The notes under the pieces: generated by a model
Told to the model about the DNA's origin: nothing
What the model saw: the letters and a program-made list of their open reading frames with translations, nothing else
The model's database searches: none
Made by a program: the position numbers and the translations under genes
Assembly: GCA_964391315.1 (NCBI GenBank)
Contig: CAYMJR010000004.1
Location: 10,261 to 74,260 of the forward strand
DNA length: 64,000 nt
Direction: 5' to 3'
From: an uncultured Gammaproteobacteria bacterium
GTDB lineage: Bacteria; Patescibacteriota; Microgenomatia; Levybacterales; UBA12049
In this document: piece by piece, positions 19,122-29,720 of the stretch
Position numbering within the stretch: the first letter of the stretch is position 1
Layout: the number at the start of each line of letters is the position of its first letter

Positions 19122-20318
19122 TTACCTTCTCACAAACAACAAAGCATTCGGAATATTTCTTCCAGGTCCTGCTTTGTACCCGCCATACCACAACGCAGTT
19201 GAACCGCCTTCATCCAAATTCATCGCATCATCCATCCCCATTGCCTTCATCACTTTTGCAGAGTCTCCCATAGTCGCATTGTAGACAAAACCGATAAAGA
19301 CAGTATTGCCTTTATGGGCGACAAATCCTCTTGGTCCTTTGCTGTTGAATTTGGGATCAGGATTGTCAGAGTAGGTGATATTGCCACCGTTCACAAGTAA
19401 CGGAAAATTTGAAATAACCGCATCAACACCTGTATCGCGTCCCCATTGCAGCGCCTGACTGACAACGCGGACAAACCCGCTACCAAAAATAAAGGCTGGA
19501 TTGGTGCTGTAGACATTATTACTGGAATTAAAATAATGTTTGTTTTTGTTCATGACCAAAAGATCAAAAGAATTGGTTTTGCCTGCACAGGAAGGATACT
19601 CAGTAGGACAAAAAAAGGAACCATTAATCCCCGCATAGGCTCCACTTCGTGAAACATAATCACCAAGCGACATCACAGGACAATTGTTTCCACAATCATT
19701 ATCTGATGCTGTATCGACAATGACACGGGTCGACGCGATATCTGCAGAAATAATTGCGACAGAAAATGTCCCTGAGTCAGTCTGAACAGATTGATAATTA
19801 AACCCAGAACTCGGAGGAGTATTATTCACAGGAGGTGGGGGACCGCCACCTGCACTTTGTGCTTGGGATGCAGCAAGATCTGCATTCATCTTGTCAACTT
19901 TTGCACCCAAATCTTTCATATCACTTTCAGCAGATGCATATTTGAGTTCCGAAAGCTCTTTCACAACATTTGCATAAAGCTTTTCAAGATCTGACGTGTT
20001 TTGTTTTTGATCACGAAGATCGACAATCTTTTGATAGAGTGTAATTGAATTGGTGTAATCATCATGCGTGCTTTTTGTATCGGCTTTGAGTTGTTGATTG
20101 ATTTTGTATTGATCCTGATTTTTTAAATCCAGATAATCTTTCGTTAATTTCGCTTTATCTGTTGTCAGAGCAGCAATTCGTGATTTGGATTCATTCAAAG
20201 AAAGATAAAGGGAAATAACAACCGAAACAGCAATACATAAAACAGCAATAAACGCTTCAAGAAGTTTTTTGTGCGAAAGAATTCTGAAAACGTGCTTAAA
20301 AGTCACCATATACATCAA
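19122..20318 (-). CDS. Membrane-anchored phosphodiester glycosidase family protein (DUF2233-like)
   Basis: N-terminal TM helix and a coiled-coil. The C-terminal GINGSFF...PRGFVAHKGNTVFIGFV...AMNLDEGGSTALWYGG pattern is typical of the family. Confidence 0.6.
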   Translation of the reverse strand: MMYMVTFKHVFRILSHKKLLEAFIAVLCIAVSVVISLYLSLNESKSRIAALTTDKAKLTKDYLDLKNQDQYKINQQLKADTKSTHDDYTNSITLYQKIVDLRDQKQNTSDLEKLYANVVKELSELKYASAESDMKDLGAKVDKMNADLAASQAQSAGGGPPPPVNNTPPSSGFNYQSVQTDSGTFSVAIISADIASTRVIVDTASDNDCGNNCPVMSLGDYVSRSGAYAGINGSFFCPTEYPSCAGKTNSFDLLVMNKNKHYFNSSNNVYSTNPAFIFGSGFVRVVSQALQWGRDTGVDAVISNFPLLVNGGNITYSDNPDPKFNSKGPRGFVAHKGNTVFIGFVYNATMGDSAKVMKAMGMDDAMNLDEGGSTALWYGGYKAGPGRNIPNALLFVRR

Positions 20319-20418
20319 TAGTAACTGTTCTATTTACTAGCGTCAATGAAACATAATTACTTTCTGCACACAGATTATTTAAGTTGTTTTTACACACAAT
20401 TTATAGACTCTATCCTCT

Positions 20419-20904
20419 ATGACGCCGGAACATTTCGCATCAATGGGGGATGAACCTTCAAGAAGAAGAAAATGGGCTAATCGGACCGGCCTTGTTGCTG
20501 CAGGTATTGCAGCAGGTGTAGGCAGCACGCTTGGGATACAGGCTATCAATCATCATCTTAACATCGATATACACACTGTCAAACCGACAGGGGTGTGGGA
20601 AAGTCCAAAAGATGAAGAAAATGTTAGCGACATTATTCATTTTGCTGCAAAAGCGTATCCTAGACATCAGGACGAACCACCAATTGCCTTTGTTGATTTT
20701 AATGCAGTGATAAAAGGCACGAAGCTGTTGGCGTGTCATGTCCCCGCTCCGCCTCCGCAAACTTCTGATTTTACCTGTGACTATCAAATACCTGAACCAC
20801 TGAAAGTACCTGGTCAAAAAATTATCGTTAGTTTTGATGTACATGACAATAGTGGTAATGTTACTAATACAGTAAATGGTCCGCATACAGTATTTGAAAA
20901 TTAA
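20419..20904 (+). CDS. Hypothetical membrane-anchored protein
   Basis: One TM helix (GLVAAGIAAGVGSTLGI) followed by a beta-rich domain. I prefer it over the antisense 20458..20976 ORF, whose composition looks non-coding. Confidence 0.4.
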   Translation: MTPEHFASMGDEPSRRRKWANRTGLVAAGIAAGVGSTLGIQAINHHLNIDIHTVKPTGVWESPKDEENVSDIIHFAAKAYPRHQDEPPIAFVDFNAVIKGTKLLACHVPAPPPQTSDFTCDYQIPEPLKVPGQKIIVSFDVHDNSGNVTNTVNGPHTVFEN

Positions 20905-21011
20905 TAAAACGATAATCCTTTCAACTTCTTCATTTTTGCCCCCAAGAAACTTATTACATGGCCTGTGATGGGCCATTGCAAAATCAATCTGAACTTGCTA
21001 AAATGGGTTAA

Positions 21012-22964
<1,953 letters not shown>

Positions 22965-22993
22965 ATGTGTTATAATAAAATATAGAAACAGTT

Positions 22994-23536
22994 ATGCCAG
23001 ACTTTAATAAAATACTTACACCAGGACAGGTTGATGAAGGAGAGATTAATGCAATTGTCGATATCCCTCAAGGTTCCTCACTTAAAATAGAATATGACCG
23101 TGAACATGGTATCTTTATGTTGGATCGTGTCGAACCAGATGTCTTTCCAAAACCAGTTAATTATGGATTTATCCCTGGAACAAAAGACACAGATGGAGAT
23201 GAATTGGATGTCCTCCTTGTAGCTCATGAACCAATCCCAACAGGAGTCTTGGTCAAATCAAAAATTCTTGGCATTTTCAATTTTGAAGATGACGGAGAAA
23301 TGGATTACAAAATTGTCTGTGTTCCGGCAGATGACCGCAACACCGGAGACAGTATTCAAACACTTGATGATCTTGGTAAAAGATGGAAACAAAAAATAGA
23401 GTTCCATTTTGCCCATTACAAAGATCTCAAAAAACCAGGTACAACCAAAGTGCTAGGTTGGGGAGATATTGAAGAAGCAAAGCACATTGTCCACGAGTGC
23501 ATTGACCGCTTCAAGAAAGAAGGCTTCTCGAAATAA
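22994..23536 (+). CDS. ppa: Inorganic pyrophosphatase (family I)
   Basis: IEYDRE..., YGFIPGT...DGDELDVLL and the DYKIV pattern of soluble family I PPases. Confidence 0.9.
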   Translation: MPDFNKILTPGQVDEGEINAIVDIPQGSSLKIEYDREHGIFMLDRVEPDVFPKPVNYGFIPGTKDTDGDELDVLLVAHEPIPTGVLVKSKILGIFNFEDDGEMDYKIVCVPADDRNTGDSIQTLDDLGKRWKQKIEFHFAHYKDLKKPGTTKVLGWGDIEEAKHIVHECIDRFKKEGFSK

Positions 23537-23541
23537 CATTT

Positions 23542-26085
23542 ATGTCACAAATCGGAAAGTTACAACAAGCAAATATTACTGAGGAAATGAAAAAAGCGTA
23601 TTTGAATTACGCTATGTCAGTTATCGTTTCCCGTGCACTTCCAGATGTCCGTGATGGGCTCAAGCCAGTTCACCGCCGCATTCTTTTTGGCATGCATGAA
23701 TTGGGTCTTGGTCATACTTCCAAATTCACAAAAAGTGCAAAGATTGTCGGAGAAGTTATGGGTAAATATCACCCACACGGAGACGCACCAATTTATGATT
23801 CACTCGTTCGTCTCGCACAAGATTTCTCAATGAGATACCCACTTGTTTGGGGACAGGGAAACTTCGGATCAATTGATGGCGATCCACCAGCACATATGCG
23901 TTATACTGAAGCACGCATGTCAGCAATTACTGCTGAAATGCTCACAGACATCGACAAAGAAACAGTTGATTTCGCACCAAACTTCGACGCATCAGAGAAT
24001 GAACCATTGTACTTACCAGCCAAACTTCCAAACCTTTTGCTCATGGGATCAGAAGGTATTGCTGTTGGTATGGCAACTAAAATCCCACCACATAATTTAG
24101 GAGAAGTAATTGATGCAATTATCTATTTGATCGGAAAAGCAAAAGTTGGAAAGTCTGCAATAAAAGAAAAAGAAGAAGCACCAGCCGTTATTACAGAAGG
24201 CGTTGAAAAACCAACCCTTGGTGAGCCAAAACTCGCACTCACCAGCGATGTTACTATTGATGAACTTTTGGAATTCGTCAAAGGACCTGATTTTCCGACA
24301 GCAGGAAATATTTATGACATTACCGAAATTAAAAACGCCTACATCACTGGCCGCGGTAAGATCGTCATCCGTGGAAAAGCAGAAATCGAAGAAATCTCAG
24401 GTGGCAAATCAGCAATTACCATCACTGAAATCCCATATCAGGTTAACAAAGCACAACTTATTGCAAAAATTGCTGATCTTGCTAAAGATAAAAAGATTGA
24501 AGGTATTTCAGATCTTCGCGATGAATCAGACAGACGGGGACTTCACATATATATTGAGTTAAAACGTGACGCCAGTCCAAAGAAGGTATTAAACAACCTT
24601 TTCAAATACACAGCTTTGCAAACAACCTTCCCAGTCAACATGGTTGCTCTCGTTGATGGCACACCACAGACACTCAATCTTAAACTCATTCTTGAGGAAT
24701 ATCTCAAGCACCGCTACATCGTTATCCGCAAAAGATCAGAATTTGAACTTCGCCAAGCAAAAGCACGCCTTCACATCTTAGAAGGACTCAAAATCGCAGT
24801 CGATCATATCGATGAAGTCATCAAGACAATCCGTGCATCAAAAGATCAGGAAGAAGCAAAAACCAATTTGATGACCAAATTTAAACTTAGCGAAATTCAA
24901 TCGGTTGCAATCCTTGACATGCAACTTCGTAGACTTGCAGCACTTGAGCGACAAAAGATTGAAGATGAGATTGCAATGATTAAAGAAACAATCGCATATC
25001 TTGAAGATCTTCTCGCACATCCTGAAAAAATTCTTGGCGTTATCAAATCAGAGTTAGTAAAACTCAAAGAAAAATATGCAGACCCACGACGAACAAAAGT
25101 CTACAAGAGTAAAGTAGGGGAGTTCTCAGAAGAAGATCTTATTCCAAATGAACCAACAGTTTTGACACTCACGAATACTGGTTACATCAAGAGACAATCG
25201 GGCAGCAGTTTCCATACGCAACACCGAGGTGGAAAAGGAATAACCGGCATGAACGTCAAAGAAGAAGACGCAATCGCACATATAAGATCGGCCATGACTC
25301 ATGACAATATCCTCTTCTTTACTAACAAAGGAAAGGCATATCAACTCAGAGCATACGAGATTAACGAAAGTAGTAGAACAAGTAAAGGAACAGCAATTGT
25401 TAATCTTTTGAACATTGAAGCAGGAGAGAAAGTCGAATCATTCATTGTTCACAATAAAGCAGTCCATGATGGCTATATCTTCCTTACTACAAGAAACGGA
25501 ACAGTAAAGAAAACAAGCATCAAAGAATTTGAAAATATTCGAAGAAACGGCATGATCGCAATCAAACTTGAAGATAAAGATGAACTTGTATGGAGTAATA
25601 TTACTGATGGAAAAAATGATGTATTGCTCGTAACTAAAGGCGGAAAAGCAATCAAATTCTCAGAAAATTCAGTAAGACCACTCGGTCGTGCAACTATGGG
25701 AGTTCGAGGTATTAAGATCGATTCCAAAGATCAAGTTATCGGAATGGCAGTTGTCACTAAAGGAGACAAAGCTGAAATGCTAGCAATTATGGAAAATGGC
25801 CTTGGTAAGAAAACACCTGTCGAACAATTCCCACTCCAGGGTCGTGGTGGACAAGGAGTAAAAGTTGCAAAAGTTACTGATCGAACAGGACAAGTTGTCG
25901 TCGCACAAGTCGTACCACCTGTTGCAGAAGAAGTCATCATCACTTCAACCAAAGGTCAGATTGTAAAATTACCAATCAATCAAATTCCAAAGCTCTCACG
26001 CGATACCCAAGGAGTTATTTTGATGAGATTTACTAACGCAACTGATAAAGTAGCATCAGCCACTTGTCTTGAAAAGTCAGAGTAA
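23542..26085 (+). CDS. gyrA: DNA gyrase subunit A
   Basis: [18 protein letters not shown], the [12 protein letters not shown] region, the catalytic [10 protein letters not shown], and C-terminal beta-pinwheel repeats. Confidence 0.97.
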   Translation: MSQIGKLQQANITEEMKKAYLNYAMSVIVSRALPDVRDGLKPVHRRILFGMHELGLGHTSKFTKSAKIVGEVMGKYHPHGDAPIYDSLVRLAQDFSMRYPLVWGQGNFGSIDGDPPAHMRYTEARMSAITAEMLTDIDKETVDFAPNFDASENEPLYLPAKLPNLLLMGSEGIAVGMATKIPPHNLGEVIDAIIYLIGKAKVGKSAIKEKEEAPAVITEGVEKPTLGEPKLALTSDVTIDELLEFVKGPDFPTAGNIYDITEIKNAYITGRGKIVIRGKAEIEEISGGKSAITITEIPYQVNKAQLIAKIADLAKDKKIEGISDLRDESDRRGLHIYIELKRDASPKKVLNNLFKYTALQTTFPVNMVALVDGTPQTLNLKLILEEYLKHRYIVIRKRSEFELRQAKARLHILEGLKIAVDHIDEVIKTIRASKDQEEAKTNLMTKFKLSEIQSVAILDMQLRRLAALERQKIEDEIAMIKETIAYLEDLLAHPEKILGVIKSELVKLKEKYADPRRTKVYKSKVGEFSEEDLIPNEPTVLTLTNTGYIKRQSGSSFHTQHRGGKGITGMNVKEEDAIAHIRSAMTHDNILFFTNKGKAYQLRAYEINESSRTSKGTAIVNLLNIEAGEKVESFIVHNKAVHDGYIFLTTRNGTVKKTSIKEFENIRRNGMIAIKLEDKDELVWSNITDGKNDVLLVTKGGKAIKFSENSVRPLGRATMGVRGIKIDSKDQVIGMAVVTKGDKAEMLAIMENGLGKKTPVEQFPLQGRGGQGVKVAKVTDRTGQVVVAQVVPPVAEEVIITSTKGQIVKLPINQIPKLSRDTQGVILMRFTNATDKVASATCLEKSE

Positions 26086-26135
26086 TCTTTCTAAAGACTT
26101 ACGAGAACTTTATTTTTTCTCAAATCCAAAATCGT

Positions 26136-26324
26136 ATGATGGTCTTCATGGGAAAAGAGGAGAGACAGTTTCAAACTGAAGAGGAACTTTTATACACAAT
26201 CCACAGAAGACTTAAACCAGCACATGCTGACACACCAAAGGTGGCCCGGAGAAAACGAACACTCCTTCGCAAAGTTGTGAGAGCGGAGCCTGAAAGAAGC
26301 GGGAAAGTTATAAATCTCAAGTAA
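26136..26324 (+). CDS. Small basic hypothetical protein
   Basis: 62-aa ORF in a ~310-nt spacer. There is no homology signal; it is listed for completeness. Confidence 0.25.
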   Translation: MMVFMGKEERQFQTEEELLYTIHRRLKPAHADTPKVARRKRTLLRKVVRAEPERSGKVINLK

Positions 26325-26399
26325 TCAATTCAGCAATCTCTTTCTTAACTCTTACCTCATCTTTATTATATTCTCATTCTGAGCTATTATTATAGTAAT

Positions 26400-26732
26400 A
26401 TGTTAGCAGTACTATTTTTACTACTCATAGTACTCTGGTTTCTCGGCTACATTCATATCGAAGGACTTCCCATCCTTCCTGATCCTGTTCTTTTTAGCAT
26501 CAATGGTATCCCAATTACCCTATGGAATCTTCTTATCCTTCTTGTCGTCGCCTGGGCAATCGGTATCATGCCAAGCCCAATTAGACTGATTGTCGGCGTA
26601 CTATTAATATTTTGGATTCTTTCTACTCTTGGAATACTAGCAATCGGTGGCATACCACTTGCCAATATCCTTGTCCTGGCAATGATTGTTGGCATTATTA
26701 GTGTCCTCTTAAGCCCTCATGATGTAGTATAA
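26400..26732 (+). CDS. Small integral membrane protein (3-4 TM)
   Basis: 110 aa, almost entirely hydrophobic helices. It ends 1 nt before the folD start. Confidence 0.45.
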   Translation: MLAVLFLLLIVLWFLGYIHIEGLPILPDPVLFSINGIPITLWNLLILLVVAWAIGIMPSPIRLIVGVLLIFWILSTLGILAIGGIPLANILVLAMIVGIISVLLSPHDVV

Positions 26733-26733
26733 T

Positions 26734-27615
26734 GTGTCTGTGAAGCTTAGCGGCAAAGACATTGCAGAAAAAGTATACCAATCCTTACGCGTTAGAGTAG
26801 GGGAGTTACAAAAAAAAAGAATTACCCCTCACCTTGTTGTCTTTTTGATAGGAGAAAATCCCGCATCCGTTGCGTATGTTCGACAAAAACAAACCAAAGG
26901 TGAAGAAATCGGCTGCAAAGTCACAGTACTCAGATTACAGGAAAGTATCACGACAGAAGAACTTGAAAAAAAAGTAAAAGAATTAAATGACGACCCAACA
27001 GTCCATGGCATTTTGATTCAGAGACCAGTCCCTGATCATGTTGATATAGAAAAACTTGAACTTCTCACTAACCCTGAAAAAGACATCGACGGCTTCCATC
27101 CAGACTCGCCTTACACATTCCCAATCCCTATGGCAGTGATGAAAATTTTGGAAGAAGTATATTACTTAGAAAATCCAGAAACACATCATAGTTTCCAAGG
27201 AATACTACATGATGCAAACAATCACTTTTTGGAGTGGCTAAATACAAAAACTATTATCATCATTGGGAAAGGACCAACTGGCGGCGGACCAATCATGACA
27301 GAATTTAAAAAACAAAATATTCCATATCACCTTATCGATAGTAAAACAACCAATCGGGAAGAACTGCTCAAAAGTGCCGATATCATCATCAGTGCTGTTG
27401 GAAAAGAAAACGTCATCAAAGCAGAAGAACTCAAACAAGGAGCCATTCTCATTGGCGTTGGCATATTACGAGGCGCAGACGGCAAGCTCCACGGAGATTA
27501 CAATGAAGAAGACGTTGACTCAATTGCTAGTTATTACACCACAACTCCAGGAGGCGTCGGTCCTGTTAACGTCGCCATGCTTTTTGAAAACGTCCTCACC
27601 GCGGCTGAAAAATAG
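26734..27615 (+). CDS. folD: Bifunctional methylenetetrahydrofolate dehydrogenase/cyclohydrolase
   Basis: GTG start. PHLVVFLIGENPASVAYVRQK, HGILIQRPVP, TTTPGGVGPVNVAML. Confidence 0.85.
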   Translation: MSVKLSGKDIAEKVYQSLRVRVGELQKKRITPHLVVFLIGENPASVAYVRQKQTKGEEIGCKVTVLRLQESITTEELEKKVKELNDDPTVHGILIQRPVPDHVDIEKLELLTNPEKDIDGFHPDSPYTFPIPMAVMKILEEVYYLENPETHHSFQGILHDANNHFLEWLNTKTIIIIGKGPTGGGPIMTEFKKQNIPYHLIDSKTTNREELLKSADIIISAVGKENVIKAEELKQGAILIGVGILRGADGKLHGDYNEEDVDSIASYYTTTPGGVGPVNVAMLFENVLTAAEK

Positions 27616-27623
27616 CCTCAAAT

Positions 27624-27653
27624 TTGACACCACAACTTCTCTTGTGATAAGAT
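27624..27653 (+). promoter_or_regulatory. Sigma70-type promoter for the T-box leader
   Basis: TTGACA (27624-27629), an 18-nt spacer, then TAAGAT (27648-27653). The predicted TSS is near 27660. Confidence 0.5.
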
Positions 27654-27659
27654 ATATCT

Positions 27660-27923
27660 AATCTATAAAAGCATTTGAGTCTACCGCAGTAGACGAGCTG
27701 AATAGGAGAAAGCCTTAAACAAGCATTACTATTCCGGAAGTCACCCGTAAAAATATGACAAAGCGTGTCGGTAACGGAGCGCAGATAATAAGTTTAGCTT
27801 ATAACTGTAATCCCCGCAGAGGGGATTTTTTATTGGCTAAGATAAACAAGGTGGTACCGTCCTAAACCTTTGGGGCCCTTGTAAGTTTCTAAGAATTTCT
27901 TAGGAATTTACAAGGGCTTTTTT
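27660..27923 (+). promoter_or_regulatory. T-box riboswitch leader (tRNA-sensing antiterminator/terminator)
   Basis: T-box core AAGGUGGUACCG at 27848-27859. The antiterminator is CAAGG (27847-51), bulge UGGUACC (27852-58), GUCC (27859-62), loop, GGGC (27873-76), CCUUG (27877-81). A competing terminator follows. A Stem III-like hairpin is at 27809-27827. A Stem I candidate spans 27671-27764, with AGUA (27688-91) opposite GAA-GUC-A (27737-43). Confidence 0.8.
27875..27923 (+). terminator. T-box leader intrinsic terminator
   Basis: A hairpin of about 20 bp, gcccttgtaagtttctaaga / tcttaggaatttacaagggc, with two G-U pairs. It is followed by TTTTTT (27918-27923), 12 nt before the ATG at 27936. Confidence 0.8.
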
Positions 27924-27935
27924 ATTACACAACAT

Positions 27936-28436
27936 ATGTTAAATGAAACATTAATCATTAATGGAAAAACAATAAATGTACTTAGTGGGGACCAATTGTC
28001 GACTGCTGAGAGAACGAAACTTTCAGGAGACGCAAGCGTATTTCTATCAACATATCAATTTAATCATCCTGTACCTGCTGTCGAACTTGCAAATCATATG
28101 AAAACAGGACTATCCGTAGTCTATGTTGAGGCAGACAGTGGATTGTTATTGGCTCACGCATTCCGAGATCCTATTTCCGATAATTTAACAGAAATCAGAG
28201 GCTGGTTTAGTAACAGACGAGGATTGGGCGGAAGAAATATGATCTCAACTGTTTCAGAGGCGCTGGCAGACGGAGCAAAACAAGTTTTCACATCTATACA
28301 GATAGGTAATGTTGATGGTATTGATGCAATTACACGAATTGGTGGGAAAGAACTTTTCACTGCACCTTCAAAAACACCTGGCAAACAAGTAACTGTTTTT
28401 GATGTTACTAAAGCAAAAAGAAGAGGAGGCATATGA
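27936..28436 (+). CDS. GNAT-fold-like small protein (substrate unknown)
   Basis: 166 aa. NRRGLGGRNMISTVSEAL resembles GNAT motif A (R/Q-x-x-G-x-G/A). The stop overlaps the argH start (ATGA at 28433-28436). Confidence 0.4.
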   Translation: MLNETLIINGKTINVLSGDQLSTAERTKLSGDASVFLSTYQFNHPVPAVELANHMKTGLSVVYVEADSGLLLAHAFRDPISDNLTEIRGWFSNRRGLGGRNMISTVSEALADGAKQVFTSIQIGNVDGIDAITRIGGKELFTAPSKTPGKQVTVFDVTKAKRRGGI

Positions 28437-29620
28437 AACTTTGGCAAAAAAATAATCAACAACTAAATAGCTTTATTGAACACTTTGAGACAAAAGACGA
28501 TTTGCTGTGCGATCAAAAACTTATCCCATACGATGTCTATGGCTCACTCGCGCATGCAAAAATGCTCTACAAGATTAAAATCATCACAAAAACAGAATTA
28601 GCACAGCTTGAAGAAGGGCTCAAAGAAATTCTCACGCTCAATGAAGAAGGAAAATTTGCACTCGTTGCAGGTGATGAAGATATCCATACAAAAATTGAAA
28701 ATTATCTGACAGAAAAATATGGGGAAACAGGCAAAAAAATCCATACTGCCAGGTCAAGAAATGACCAGATCTTAACTGCGATGAGGCTATTTGGAAAAGC
28801 AGAAATAGAAAACATTCAAAAAGAGATAACAAATTTAATAAAAACCTTTAAAGCATTCAATAAAAAATATGGCACAATTCCTATGCCTGGGTATACGCAT
28901 ATGCAAAAAGCCATGCCAGCATCAATTGGCATGTGGACCTCTAGCTTTATCGCATCCCTTGAAGACGATAGCAAAACACTGAAAGCAGCCTATGACCTTA
29001 TGGATCAATCACCACTTGGATCAGCTGCAGGCTTTGGCGTTCATATCAAACTGGACAAACAATATACTGCAGATCTACTTAATTTTAGTAGGGTTCAGAA
29101 AAATCCTATCTATTGCCAGCAAACACGAGGCAAATTTGAAGCCGCAGTTTTGAGTGCATTTATTCAAATATTACAAACAATTAATAAATTCGCATCCGAC
29201 GTCTTACTCTTTACAACTCAAGAATTCAGTTATTTTGAAGCCTCAGGCAGTGTAATAACAGGATCAAGTATCATGCCTCAGAAGAAAAACCTTGACCTTG
29301 CAGAGCTGCTTCGAAGTAAAGTCCATCTCGTTCTCGGACATTACACACAAATTATTTCTTTGAACGCAAACCTTATCTCAGGCTACAATAGGGATTATCA
29401 GGAAAGTAAAAAGCCTTTCATGGAAAGTGTTGAAATAACAATGCAAAGCCTGCAGGCGACACAAATTTTGGTCGAAAATCTCACACCAAACAAAAAAAAA
29501 TTGAAAAATGCAATGACAGAGGAGCTTTTTGCAACAGAAGAGGCATTAAATTTAGTCTTAAAAGGTGAAAATTTTCGAAGCGCATATCAAAAAATCGGTC
29601 AGAAATATGCCAAAAAGTAA
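28433..29620 (+). CDS. argH: Argininosuccinate lyase (short form)
   Basis: HTARSRNDQ, the GYTHMQKAMP motif and the fumarate-lyase signature GSSIMPQKKN. At 395 aa it is shorter than the ~460-aa length I recall as typical. Confidence 0.9.
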   Translation: MKLWQKNNQQLNSFIEHFETKDDLLCDQKLIPYDVYGSLAHAKMLYKIKIITKTELAQLEEGLKEILTLNEEGKFALVAGDEDIHTKIENYLTEKYGETGKKIHTARSRNDQILTAMRLFGKAEIENIQKEITNLIKTFKAFNKKYGTIPMPGYTHMQKAMPASIGMWTSSFIASLEDDSKTLKAAYDLMDQSPLGSAAGFGVHIKLDKQYTADLLNFSRVQKNPIYCQQTRGKFEAAVLSAFIQILQTINKFASDVLLFTTQEFSYFEASGSVITGSSIMPQKKNLDLAELLRSKVHLVLGHYTQIISLNANLISGYNRDYQESKKPFMESVEITMQSLQATQILVENLTPNKKKLKNAMTEELFATEEALNLVLKGENFRSAYQKIGQKYAKK

Positions 29621-29629
29621 TAATTTCGA

Positions 29630-29658
29630 TTGACAAAAAATTAATTTTTCATTAAAAT
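29630..29658 (+). promoter_or_regulatory. Near-consensus sigma70 promoter upstream of argG
   Basis: TTGACA (29630-35), a 17-nt spacer, then TAAAAT (29653-58). It overlaps one copy of a 15-nt direct repeat TAATTTTTCATTAAA (29642-56; the second copy is at 29705-19). Confidence 0.55.
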
Positions 29659-29720
29659 GTGAATTAAAATAACAAAAAATTAGATAAAATTGAGGAAATA
29701 AACCTAATTTTTCATTAAAT

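Noticed and set aside
20458-20976. A 172-aa minus-strand ORF fully overlapping 20419..20904.
   Set aside because: Its composition (rich in C, W, R, Y, I, F) is typical of an antisense shadow frame. The plus-strand product has a sensible TM anchor plus soluble domain.
27725-27790. CCGGAAG...GACAAAGCGUGUCGG resembled the SRP (4.5S) RNA domain IV sequences CCGGAAGGAAGCAGCC / GACGCGUGUGCCGG.
   Set aside because: The GGAA-tetraloop helix and the AGCA/GGAA symmetric-loop arrangement cannot be formed. The region is better explained as Stem I/II of the T-box leader.
27809-27835. The hairpin aatcccc-gcaga-ggggatt followed by a T-run looked like an independent terminator of a small RNA after folD.
   Set aside because: Its position immediately 5' of the T-box sequence fits Stem III of a T-box leader. 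The genuine leader terminator is the longer hairpin at 27875-27923.
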